A DNA stretch of 64,000 nucleotides, taken from assembly GCF_964355755.1 (NCBI RefSeq), contig NC_092680.1, positions 9,300,001 to 9,364,000 of the forward strand, given 5' to 3'. Of this stretch, positions 52,424-64,000 are shown in pieces. The position numbers were made by a program, and so were the translations under genes. The stretch comes from Antedon mediterranea. Its lineage: Eukaryota > Animalia > Echinodermata. The stretch's first letter is position 1. Every line of letters begins with the position of its first letter. The notes beneath the pieces are model-generated. The model searched no databases. It had not been told where the DNA came from and was given only the letters and a program-made list of their open reading frames with translations.

Positions 52424-54419
52424 AGAGGACACTTTTCCATTTGTGTCCCACTGTATTTTGATTCAATACAATTTAAAACACTACAATATGGGGTGGGTGT
52501 GTAAGCTATACTGTATAACTGTAACATTGTTGATAAAGAAAAGAAATAAAAGTAGAGGAGTGGTTTATTTCACTTTTGTTTTGTACTTTTGATTGTAAAA
52601 CATTTTTTGGGGGGTAAATTAAATTTTTACATGATTTTGCATTTTAATGTTTTTAATGTTACATACTTCCATCTTTTGGAATATGTTGTGTAAAATATTT
52701 TTTTTGTGAGGCTTTTAACATTTGTCTTATCGGATAAAATAATTAAACTCAATAACCCGAGGAAATAACGTTTAGAAGACAATGAGATTAGCATGATAAT
52801 CCTCTCAAAATATCTTTTTAACTTTGTACTTATTTCAACTTCTGGCGTATTCAAATCTTTTTTTTTCATGTTCAGAAAGTTACATTTACAATTTTAGGGT
52901 TATGAATTTAAAGCTGAATTTAAATATTGATGTCAGTGGGTATGTTATGTTGTATTGTTTAATTGTTTAATTAACGTAACATAATGCATTATGAATAATG
53001 TATATATAGATATAGGATGAAGTAAATAACTAATAATATGTAAACATGTCATAAGTTAATTTAAATGCAATGAATGTTGCAGTAAACTCGTTCTTAAACC
53101 AGACACCTTTGCACTAGCCAGAAATAGCCAGTTTTCAGAATGCATTATACTGTATAGTATACAAATAACCAATATTTATGAGTGCAATGGTTCAAATAAT
53201 TTCATGAGGTTTCAGATGTGTTATAATAAAAGTACAAAATAACTTGGGACTTTTTTTTTAGTGTTCAGTTTTCAGGTCGTCTGGTTTTCAGTGAACAATG
53301 ATTTGTTTTTATCTTTTATTGATACATTTTTAGATATAAACTTGTGGTATTTTATAATAGTTTGATTAATATAGCAAAATAAGTTGATAATGAAGTTTGT
53401 GTATAATTAATAATTTGTTATATTTGTGGGTTAACATTTTCTGATGTAAGTAAAATCTGTTAAAAAAATACAGTATAAAAAAATAATTTTTTAATAGGTT
53501 CATTTAGATCAGATAAAAAAATAAATAAACTTACTTTTCATGTAATTGAAACGTTAAATGTAAATGTGTTTGTCATTTTCATCAAGTTCTGATACACTTT
53601 TAAATTACATTAGGCCTATTTTAGTACAGATGTTTTTTCCAAATTCTGATGTAAATGTAGGCCTACTGGATACCAAAGATTTCTCAATCTTTTATAAGCA
53701 TTATACAGTACCACCAATATATCATTTTGTTTTGTTTTGTATCAAAAAATAACTTTATAATTGTGGACATTGTCGGGCAAACAACCACATTGTGATGCCG
53801 CCAGTTACACTCTTACACATTCACATAGAGTATTTGTTAAAATTATGTCTGAGTCAAGCATCGATCGATAACACTTTCATCATCGGTGAAACTTTTATCG
53901 ATGCAATTTTCAACTTAATTGCCAAACGTGCATAAACGGCGTTAGTTATATAGTATTTGATACAATTTCAATGAATGAGCAAAATATTTGGTCGTGCACA
54001 ACCTTAGAGATAAAATAAATATTTTCGCGCCGCAGCTTTGCCAGCTATATTCCCAGAGGATTACTCATTCAGAAGCTATTTCAAGCGGAAGCTAATAGTT
54101 ATAGAGGCTGACAGTTTTGGAATTTTGTAAACTGGTCGGGTCATGCTCAAATTACAAACCCTAAGGCACGTCTGGGAGAAGAGAGTCTATGAAAATATTT
54201 GCTGATAATTCGTCAGTATTATTGAGATGCATATGTAGACAGTAATCTGTAAAATCTTTTAAAATAAGTAATGGCTTTGTTCTTGCTGTCAACCAATAGG
54301 CAGATATTTACAATGACTCCTATTTGACTGTCAATCTAGGCTGATATTATAATAATCAGATAATCATTGAATTATGATCAAAACATAAAGTTTTTGTTTG
54401 TAATAGGATACAATTTTTT

Positions 54420-54766
54420 GTGTTCTTAAAATTGAGGGCGCTAAGCATGAAATTTATGAGATCGAATCCACAGAAAAAAAAAAAAAAAAAAAATTTAAGT
54501 TAGTACTATTGTCTTATAGTGTCCTTCCCTACATCTGGTATTGTCGTGGAAACGACCGCAATGGTGTGGCAGAGACATTGTGTCGTTTCCACGGCATCAC
54601 CAGATGCATAGACTTGCTTGTGTGGTGGAAAGGGGGACGTATTATTGTGTGAAACCCAAATACAGTTAGTAGGTTTAACTCTATTCCACCACGACCAGCA
54701 TGGGGTTCGAACCCTGAAATCCGTGTTGATAACACGACGCTGCTCAGTCGACTGAACTAACTGGTC
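54420..54766 (-). mobile_element. tRNA-headed SINE-like element with an internal hairpin
   Basis: Minus strand 54766-54692 reads GACCAGT..GTTCAGTCGACTGAGC..CGTG-TTATCAA-CACG..GGGTTCGAACCC..GCTGGTC. The body contains a gtggaaacgac..gtcgtttccac hairpin. A second copy lies at 42010. Confidence 0.7.
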
Positions 54767-55088
54767 ATCTTGGTTATAAACAGGTTAATACCAGCTTTGA
54801 CGGTCATGAATATATTTATGACGTAACGATGAATATAAAGTACGTATAGGCCTAAATAGACTATTGTCAGCTGCTCAGTCATGCTTTACATGGCGTAACG
54901 GGTTCTCTATCTGTTTGGATACTCTAAGCGCTAGCCTGCGCTCGAAACTCTGCGGCTTTTTTTCATTTATTTTTTTATGAAATAAATATTGATTTTGTTT
55001 TAAAAGATATTGAGACAGTTAAGTTAATTTAGGAAATAGTCATAGGCCTAAGATATTTTTGCGATTTCTACCGTCATATTAGCCTAAT

Positions 55089-55700
55089 CAGGGGCGCAGC
55101 CAGTGGAAGGGGGGGGGGGGGGTCCTGATATCCCCTTTTTTTTAGAAAAAATAAATAAAAACATGAGACAACAATACAGATCAAATCATCCTGGAGATAC
55201 TGTGGAAGATTACTACCGAGCAGTATTACCAAATCAACTTCCTGATTACAAACCGAGTTAAAAACCCGTTTTTCTGCCGATAACAGGCCATGCTTTAAAA
55301 TATTTGGCGTAGCACCCGAGTCTATAGTGAAGTGTAATGTTGAAGAAGTCTTCAAGGAACTTGAATTTGGTACGATGATCTGCCAAGACACGAACATCTT
55401 CATTCCGAGCTTCAGTGATGGAAGCGACTGTGTAAAATTAGCGGATCCAAATGTGTTCCCGAATGTGCGTGCACTTCTTCTAATCGCGTAGGCCTATGCC
55501 CGTAACGTCTGCTGAAGCTGAGCGGAGTTTTTCGACTTTATGGAGAACGAAAACCTGTTTGGGAAATCACATGTCTTATGAGCAGCTTTAGGGATTGTGC
55601 CTCATGAACATACACTTTAACATGAACATTAATACAGAGAATGTCATTCGCGAATTCTGTCTCCAAGCCAAGAAGAATGTTCCAAACTTATGTTTAAAGA
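55089..55700 (+). pseudogene. hAT transposon relic with a degenerate transposase C-terminal dimerisation domain
   Basis: Starts CAGGGGCGCAGCCAG (hAT-like end). The translation FPNVRALLLIA*..PVTSAEAERSFSTLWRTKTCLGNHMSYEQL*GLCLMNIH resembles hAT Dimer_Tnp, with stops and a frameshift. Confidence 0.8.
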
Positions 55701-56471
55701 TGCATCACGCGATGTCAAGAGCGCCGTTATAGTAACTAACGTAAAATGTATGATAATAATTTAGAAGTTAGTTATTACAATTATGTATAAGCTATCACCT
55801 ATACTATACATTCGAACAAAATAGGTATATTTTTAAACAAAATATTGTATGTACTGGGTATGATAAGCGTCTCACATACACATGGAGCCAAGATAGCTTC
55901 TTGGACTTGCACAGTGTATGAACTCTAACCTTACGGTTCTCATTTAATAATATCACTCCCTCCATGCTATCATTCTAATTTCTTTTTTCAAACTTTTGCA
56001 TCTCATGCAACTTTTGTATTGGTGAAAAGGGAGGAATTCAATTAATTCCTCCTCTGAGTTTACAGCCTCTCTACACAAATCAACAAACAAGCAAGAAAAA
56101 AAGTGTTTGTCTGTGGCAGCCTGGAATATAAAAATGTTCTGTAATGAAAATGAGAGTTGTTTTTTGTTTTCTTTGTTTCAGTTTATTAGTGTTAACATTG
56201 TCATATTTGTGTGTGCGTAAACCGATTCAAATGATCTAGATTGCTCTAGACCGCCAAAGCTTCCAGGGGGCGTCGCCAAGGGTAAATATTTTTTTTTTTC
56301 GATTCATTTTTTGGTTAAAGTGAATAACTATTATGTGACATCAAAATGACACAGTCAAAAGCAAATTTGAAAAAAAAAATTATGGAGACAATATATTTTT
56401 AAAACTGTTATACGTCAACGAGCGAGCGGCGTTTTTTGTAAGATGATTGTCTTCAGAGCGTATGACGGTGG

Positions 56472-58495
56472 AGCATTCGCTACTTCTCTATGGAGCGCCA
56501 TTTATGCCTTTATTTACTTCGGAAATAGAAATAGTACTACTGTAAACTGGTCCAGTGGACCAAAGTTGGCACCTGTGGAACATAGTGATATAAAAAGTCA
56601 CTAATTTTAATATATTTTCGTATGTAATACACTTTGTTCAAGTGGACCCGATTCGGCGCCAGAGCACATGAGTGATATAAAATAGAAATAAAATCACTAC
56701 AGTACATTTTAACATCTCATTCGTAAGTTAATACACTGTGCTCATGGACCCAGTGTGGTGCTAGTGGAGCACAGTGATATAAAATAGAAATAAGTCACTA
56801 AATGTTAATATCTCATTCGTATGATTAATACACTGTGCTTAAGTGGACCCAATTTGGCACGACCGGAGCACAGTGATAATTGAAATAAAGTCACAAAAAG
56901 AAATACCTTTTGGTGTGTTAATGCACTGAGCTCAAGTGGACCCATTTTGGCGCACACAGTGGAGCACAGTAAAAGCACATACAAAAACATCGAGAAAAAG
57001 TAATTGAATTAAAAAATATTTCAATCTTGGTATAGGCCTATATGTTCAATATCGGTTACCCCATCCGTAGTGCGAAAGAAAAATTAGTTTCAAGCCATAT
57101 ATCAGTGATTTTAATAACTTACATATGTCTAAGATAAATACTTATGAAAGAACATACAATTCAAACACAAATTTAGCGATTAAAAAAAACATAATTTAAG
57201 AATGAACGATGTAGTATAGTAACATAATTGAACGTGTAGTAACCTATTGAACGTATGCTACCAAATTTCAAATGTGTAGGACAATTATTTTATGACGATA
57301 ACCATTTAAGTTTAAAAAATGTGTTTGAATATTGTATGTTTGTTCTATCATAAATATACATTTTAAACGAACGCAAATTACTAAAATAATTTTTTTTTTG
57401 CATTACGGGTCACAATTAACCGACTTGAGCATATATAGGCCTGTTACAACCGTTAATGTAGAAAACGCCAGCTTATGTCGAAACAACCGTTAATGTAGAA
57501 CAATCCACCGCTTATGTAGTAAAACCTCCAGCTTATGTAGAAACACCAACAGCTTATGTAGTAAATAAAAATCAACACCAGCTAATGTAGAAACGGTCAC
57601 CAGCTTATGTAGTAACGAAAAATGCCTCCCAGCTTATGTAGTTACTATCGCCAGCTAATGTAGAAAATGTTATATATTTTACAAAAATGTCTAAATCATG
57701 TGCAAATGCATCGATATTAACTTAGCTATCAGCTAGGTCGTGGTCCCTTAAAAGAGGTGGTCATTTACGAGAGGTGTGGTCGTTAAGAGAGATGGTCGCT
57801 TACGAGAGGTGATCGATTATGGAAAGCGGTTCCTTGTGAGAGGAGGTGATCAATTACGAGAGGTGGTCGATTATAAGAAGTGGTCCCTTAACAGAAACGG
57901 TGGAAGTTCAATAGAGGTGGGCAATTCAATTGAGAAGCGGTCCTTTAATAGAGAGAAATATGTTGTGGTCCCTTAAAAAAGGTGGTCATTTACGAGAGGT
58001 GGTCGCTTACGACAGGTGCAGTGGTCGATTATTAGAAGCGGTCTCTTATGAGAGGAGGTGATCCCTTACGAGAGGTGGTCGATTATGAGAAGCGGGCCCT
58101 TAACAGAGATGGTAGCTTACGATGTGTGGTCGTTTTAGAAAGTTGGTTGCTTACGAGAGGTGGAAAGACTGATAGCTAAGTAAAGATCGATGCATTTGCA
58201 CATGATTTAGACATTTTTGTAAAATATGTAACATTTTCTACATTAGGCCTAAAAAAGTCTGAAATATTGTTTAATTCGAGAAACATTAGTAAATAGTATT
58301 AGTATAGTTATTTCGGTGTGCTCCGTTGGTGCCAGATTGGGTCCACTTGAGCACAGTGTATAAACATACGAATTTAAAAATTCACTGGTTTGTTTCTATC
58401 TTTCTATCACTGTGCTCCCCGTTGCCAAATTTGGTCCACTGGACCAGTTACGTTACCGTAGTACTATTTCTATTTCGGTAGAAGTAGAGAATGCT
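56472..58495. mobile_element. Composite foldback with about 100-bp subrepeats and nested palindromes and tandem arrays
   Basis: gaaatagaaatagtactac..ctggtccagtggaccaaa is inverted at 58427-58476. It contains a nested palindrome at about 57030-57441, ccagcttatgtag repeats at 57450-57665, an 80-bp inverted pair at 57655-57731 and 58169-58245, and gagaggtggtcg repeats between that pair. Confidence 0.7.
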
Positions 58496-58609
58496 ATATA
58501 TATAATTATTATCTCTCTGCATCTCTCTCTGATTACGTACCTAGCAGAAAAATTAACAGAGCCCTCAACATCACGGATAACGACGTGTGAGAGTTTCCGT
58601 TCGTCATAT

Positions 58610-60215
58610 CAAAGATAGTGTAGTAGGAAGATGTTACACTTCGCTCAAAAATTAGAGAACCGCTCGAGATAGGGCGCCTCTCACGACGAGTAGGGATAGA
58701 CGAATCTGAAACATGAGGAGCGCAATGGCAAAGCCCAATGAAAGTGGTGTTTTCGGCAATAAATTGTAAAAATAAGCCACAAAAAACAAACAAAAACTTC
58801 TTTTTTGTCTTTATTATACAAAGTTAAAAATTAATATGATGTTTTCATACTGTTTTTGGATCTTTTTAATTGTTAATACATTTATTTGGAGTGAGTTTTG
58901 TCATGACATGACTGTAAACACTGAGCTAGGATCAGGAGGAGGCTTACGCGCGCCTGTAGACGCATTCATGAATGGATGGTGGTCATCTCGTACCAAAACC
59001 AACCCGTACCCATAAAAACTCTTACCTATCTTGGTAAACCCCAGTTAAGTCTGAAGTCATAATGCTAATTTTACAGTATACAGTATTGTTGTTGACAAAC
59101 AATATATGATTTATGAATAAATTATAGCAATTCTTCTGCAATTTCTATAAAACTCTAGGGGTAGAATCTGTAAATTCGTTTCTATAGAAATTACCTGTTT
59201 TTATAGATTAACATAGAATTCTAAAACTTCTATAGATAGAACATTTTTTGTAAGGGTAGTATAATGAAAGGGGGTAAAGTAGGCCTCCCCACAGATATTT
59301 TTTCCTTGATATAACCTTACCAATAATGAACTCATTGGCTTATAATTAATATTATCAATAATGTTAGGCGTTACATAATCAGGGCATATCAAATTACGAT
59401 GAATGCACGAAAGTTCGGAGTGTTACAAGCATAATATAATAATTAGTTACAGTATTATTAAATTATTAAAATTAATAGATAATTAACAATAATTGTTTTT
59501 TTTTTCAGTAAAAAAACATACTCGTAGTCCTAAATTCCTATAATGTTCAAGCCTACTGGTACCGTATTCAGTTTATGCAGATCGACTATTTGTATAATAT
59601 TATTGATTATAATAAATATTGATTGATTGATTGATTGATTATTGATTACATGCCATACTACCTATTCTCTTTTATTACCCTTAGAAATAAACCATACGTA
59701 ATGGATTATTATATAGGCATACACATTGTAGGCCTATTTACCACTAGGCTCCTAATATATTTATTCACTCTGATGAAGAAGTGTTTCTAAAGCTAGGTAT
59801 TAAATTTTCTATCTATGTCCAATGATAAACAATTAAATGTAAATAATTTAAAAAAGTTCAATTGATTTGCAAATAAAAACATTAAAATAAAAGAAATAAC
59901 ATACGGGTAGATAAATTCCAGGTACCTAAACAATTCCAGGTAATTGAAACACAAATTTGTATTCCAAAACATATAAATATGATTCATTTGCACTTTCTAT
60001 AAAGATAACATTACATTTTATATGTTAATTCGTATTAAATCTTAATTTTACAATCAAATTATTCTACTGTTATAATAGCCTTATTTCCTATACAATAACT
60101 TTCCGTATCCCTACTCGACGTGCGAGGCGCCCTTTAAATTTAGCTCCATGTTGTCTCGCTTTTATTTGCATTGAACGAATAGGAAGTGTAACATCTTCCT
60201 ACTACACTATCTTTG
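58610..60215. mobile_element. P-superfamily-like non-autonomous element (33-bp TIR, 7-bp TSD)
   Basis: CAAAGATAGTGTAGTAGGAAGATGTTACACTTC is perfectly inverted at 60183-60215. GTCATAT lies at 58603-58609 and 60216-60222. A subterminal gggcgcctc..cgagtagggata motif is also inverted. Confidence 0.85.
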
Positions 60216-61647
60216 GTCATATCAATCATCATGCAATGTTCATTTTTATAGGCGTTGGGGAGAAGTAGTAAGAGTAGTGGCCTAAAACCTAGCTTGTAAC
60301 AATTTTAGTGAAAAAAACTAAATAAAAACCATGAAACTCATATTTCTCATATTATTTACCTCCATCACAGAGGTAGTATCTCAAGGTAAGTAATAATGTT
60401 TTTTTGTCTCATTCAACGTGACATTATTAACATTTTGTTCGTATATTAAAAGGTCTAGGCTAGGCCTAGTAGGCCTACTACGTAGCCTATAGAGTACTGT
60501 AGGTCTAGGATAGCGATAGGATAGGCTAGGCTTAGCCTAGCTACGATTGACAGACGATTGGGGCCATGGACGATCGGGCTTTTTTTAAAGACGATTGGGT
60601 ACAAACGCGGGTTTACGATGAAATCGGTCGCGTTTGAAATCTGTCACAATAAAATCAACTTCAGGTTTTTTGTATGGCGAGCCGCTAGAGCTATATGTTT
60701 GATGATATCGGTCACGTTTGAAATCAGTCGCGCTATTTTGTATGGAGCGTGATGCATGCTAGCGGGATATACATTTTCTTCGTTTATATAGATTTCATTG
60801 ATATTTTTTAGGAACTAGATTATTTATGTGGATATTTTTAATTTGGTTAATAAATATTTATTAATATTATCAATCATTATTATTTTTTTATTTCACAGGT
60901 CTCGGAGAAGGACTGTGTCTTTTCAAAATGGCCATTTCTAAACACGTTTAAAATATTGTATTAGGCATATAATAATTTACCTCTATTTTATTATGTACTG
61001 TAATTAATATACGTAAAGGAGAACAATTTATTTAAAAACAATAATTATTACAATGTATATAGTCCGTAAAGCCAGCGTATCCATTTTTATACTTATGCAT
61101 AGGCTACTGTGGCAGATATATCATATCCATGTCGTTAACATTTCTTACTATTCGATCACCTTATATTTTTTTCTATTTTATTTATGATAATATTAAGTAT
61201 ATGATTATTGTTGAGGCAAATCACGTGTATATTTTTATTTTTAATGTTTGTTTAAAATAATTTCTAGTAAAAATGATTATTATATGCGGATCGTTAAAAG
61301 GCGGAAATAACCAACCCCCAAAATAAGCCATATCGGAGATGTGCCTTCTATGATCGTGCAGCCGTTAACTGTACGTTATTTTGCTGACGGAGATTTCCTT
61401 TTTTAAAAAAACATGTACTATTGTGTCAAATCACATGGACAAAACATGTACGATCGTGAAACCTAAGTTCCATGGTGAAACGATTAATATAATTTACGTA
61501 TAAACTATATACGTCGGCGATACTATAGTTTTTAATTTGAATATCTTTTATTTCTTCATTTATAATACCGGTAATCATTTAATGTAAATAATTAAGTACA
61601 ACTCAGTGTCTCACATCCATACGCCGTTTGTAAATCTAAATGTTTAA

Positions 61648-62270
61648 AGACCCCTTCCCTGCAATTTTGGACGTTTTTTGGAAAATAATACATATATATC
61701 ACTTTAAAAACATTAAACCATGTCGTTTCTTGTCTTAAATGTACGTTTTATGGTAAATTATGATAAAAAGTGAGAAACAATGCACTACCTAAGTAGCTCG
61801 CGGCGATCGACCTCTCGTGGACGGTCTTAGGCCTAGCCTAGCTAGGCTTAGTTTTGTAGGCCTAGCTGGTAAACATCGGTAACGTACGAACATCGTACGC
61901 GAGCTATATACCTAGCCTGACGTTGTATAGTTGCTGCATTAATTGTCTTTCTATTTTTGCCAGACTCCGTTGATACAAATTGGGGAAAACCCGGTATTTT
62001 CGCTGAAAAGTTAGTCTTCCATTTGTTTTGGCCTCACGATCGATCGAAAAGTGGGCGAATTACAGGTGAAAAACAAAAACATCAATCCGCGCGCAATGCA
62101 TTTTGGGATTTATAGCGGGCCGCTATAATTATTAGAATCGACTTATTTTTCACATTTTTAACCGTTTAAAGACGAAAAAAGTTATCGCAATAGGACCATA
62201 TAGTATTATTTTTACATTAAATATAGTTTGTGATCTTAAATTAGATCTAAAAAACGGAGGGAATGGGGCT
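61648..62270. mobile_element. Kolobok-like element, second copy (623 bp), opposite orientation to 18442-19064
   Basis: TTAA-AGACCCCTTCCCT...AGGGAATGGGGCT-TTAA. The internal sequence is the near-identical reverse complement of 18442-19064. Confidence 0.85.
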
Positions 62271-63636
62271 TTAAATATCAGTGCAGATTACCTCTTTGAG
62301 AATCGTGTCTACCTTTATTGTCTATCTATTATTATTCCCACATCTAGGCCAATCATTTTACATCATAGTCCTGCTGTATAGTAGGCCCGGTAGATTGATT
62401 TATAACGGCATATTATTATTATCTATATACTGTATTTTAATATTTTATCCTAAAGCCATGCTCACATCAGAGTGGCGGATCGAACATAAAAATCATCGTC
62501 ATACATCATCTTCCTTTATTGCATAAACCTCATTGAGCTGGTATCCACTTGCAGGTATAGAACAAGTTTCGTAATTAACTGTCATTACAAAATATGCAAT
62601 AGGCGCGTCTACTTGTTTAACTATTAAACTATTTCAACATTTTCAAAACTTTGAAAAGTGGCATGCCAATCTTTTCAAAAACCTAACAAATATTTAATAA
62701 AACTTTTTTTAAACGATTTTCTAAACGAACACATTACAATCATTCATTGACACCTGCTGTAAGATAAAAGGAAAACACAAATTATTTATAAATAATGAGA
62801 TCAATATTTTAATTTATATTTACTGTACTTAAAAAAAATATTAATTAATAATAGTATAATTATAAATTCAATATTCAAAATTAACTAAAACCATAATTAG
62901 CGTTTTCATAAAAAATGTATCTAGTGCGTCCCATACAAATTAGCGCGACCTATATAAAACGTAACTACTATAATAATATGATAAAACGCATATCTAGCGG
63001 CGCTCCATACAAAATACCAGATGTTGATTTTATAGCGACCGATTTCAAGCGCGACCGATTTCATCTGATACCCAAACGCGTGCGGACGTTCGGGTCCAAC
63101 TTTGTGGACGTTTGGGCTCAACTGTGTGGACGTTCAGGCCCAATATAATTAGACGATCGGGCCTATTAAGTATTATAAAAATAATGGGAAGACGATCGGG
63201 CCCACGAAAACGAATTGGATTTATAATTGTTCACCATAACATTTTACGCCGTGGTTAGGATTCCGGCACCGGAACTCAACTGCCCAGCGTTAGGGAATCC
63301 GACACGCTATTGCGCATGCCCAGAGCGAGGTAATCGGGGCGACTCTATACTGTACTTCTTATCAAAGAACTTAGTTCTCTTTGTTCTTATCAACAGCGAT
63401 GGATCATTTCATAGCTGCGCCACACGGCGAACTAGCCTAGCCTAGATGCCTACTAATATGGGATCCACTAATCTAGGCTAGGGCTACCAGTTAGACGTGA
63501 CCAGTGGTCCTATAGTATTTATTTTGTAATTAAAAAGTGGTTGCTTCATTCATATATACACTTCATATCATTATGAATTATATAATTACATGACTAGTTT
63601 TATATGGAACGCCTCCTCTGCCTTCAGTTCACATTT

Positions 63637-64000
63637 ATCATGCAGTACACACCAATCGTAATGCAGTACACCCCAATCGTCATGCAGTACACACCAATCG
63701 TCATGCAGTACACACCAATCGTCATGCAGTACACACCAAACATCATGCAGTACACACCAATCGTCATGCAGTACACACCAATCGTCATGCAGTACACACC
63801 AATCGTCATGCAGTACACACCAATGGTCATGCAGTACACACCAATTGTCATGCAGTACACACCAATCGTCGTTCACATTTATCATGCCGTACACACCAAT
63901 CGTCATGCAGTACACACCAATCGTCATGCAGTACACACCAATCGTCATGCAGTACACACCAAACATCATGCAGTACACACCAATTGTCATGCAGTACACA
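63637..64000. repeat. 21-bp minisatellite (tcatgcagtacacaccaatcg)n, running off the window end
   Basis: About 17 tandem units visible directly. Confidence 0.95.

Noticed and set aside
57450-58165. Repeat-spacer-like arrays (ccagcttatgtag, gagaggtggtcg) as a possible CRISPR
   Set aside because: The repeats are short and degenerate with irregular 5-20 bp gaps, sit inside eukaryotic foldback arms, and have no cas genes nearby.
63586-63999. Repetitive ORFs (YCMTIGV)n and (HDDWCVL)n
   Set aside because: Translations of the 21-bp minisatellite, with no splice or gene context.

Overview
AT-rich, intron-containing animal genomic DNA. The gene set and Deu/Nin-core SINEs point to an invertebrate deuterostome, possibly an echinoderm (inference). 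Five protein-coding genes were reconstructed exon by exon by hand, with GT-AG boundaries and consistent phases: HERC1 (5' part, minus), ABHD8 (minus), KIF24 (minus, about 1343 aa), NUDT2 (plus, divergent from KIF24 as in humans) and a basigin/neuroplastin-family Ig protein (plus). The rest is dense, often nested, non-autonomous transposons: GGGTG-ended foldbacks with 10-bp TSDs, TTAA Kolobok-like, P-like (7-bp TSD), AcademH-like, Harbinger MITEs, Helentron-type HINEs, tRNA-derived SINEs, LINE and hAT relics, and a 21-bp minisatellite. No intact transposase or prokaryote-type system was seen. The best candidates for new biology are: (1) a hairpin in the last basigin intron that holds a variant (G3-C8) minimal hammerhead-like core on one strand and an in-frame 21-nt microexon on the other; (2) tiny CATGGA...TCCATG palindromes with 7-bp TSDs that resemble P-element excision footprints; (3) tRNA-like genes with ATC anticodons embedded in repeats; (4) CTAG/AGGCCT-rich tracts just downstream of first exons. 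All family assignments come from motif recognition, with no database searches.
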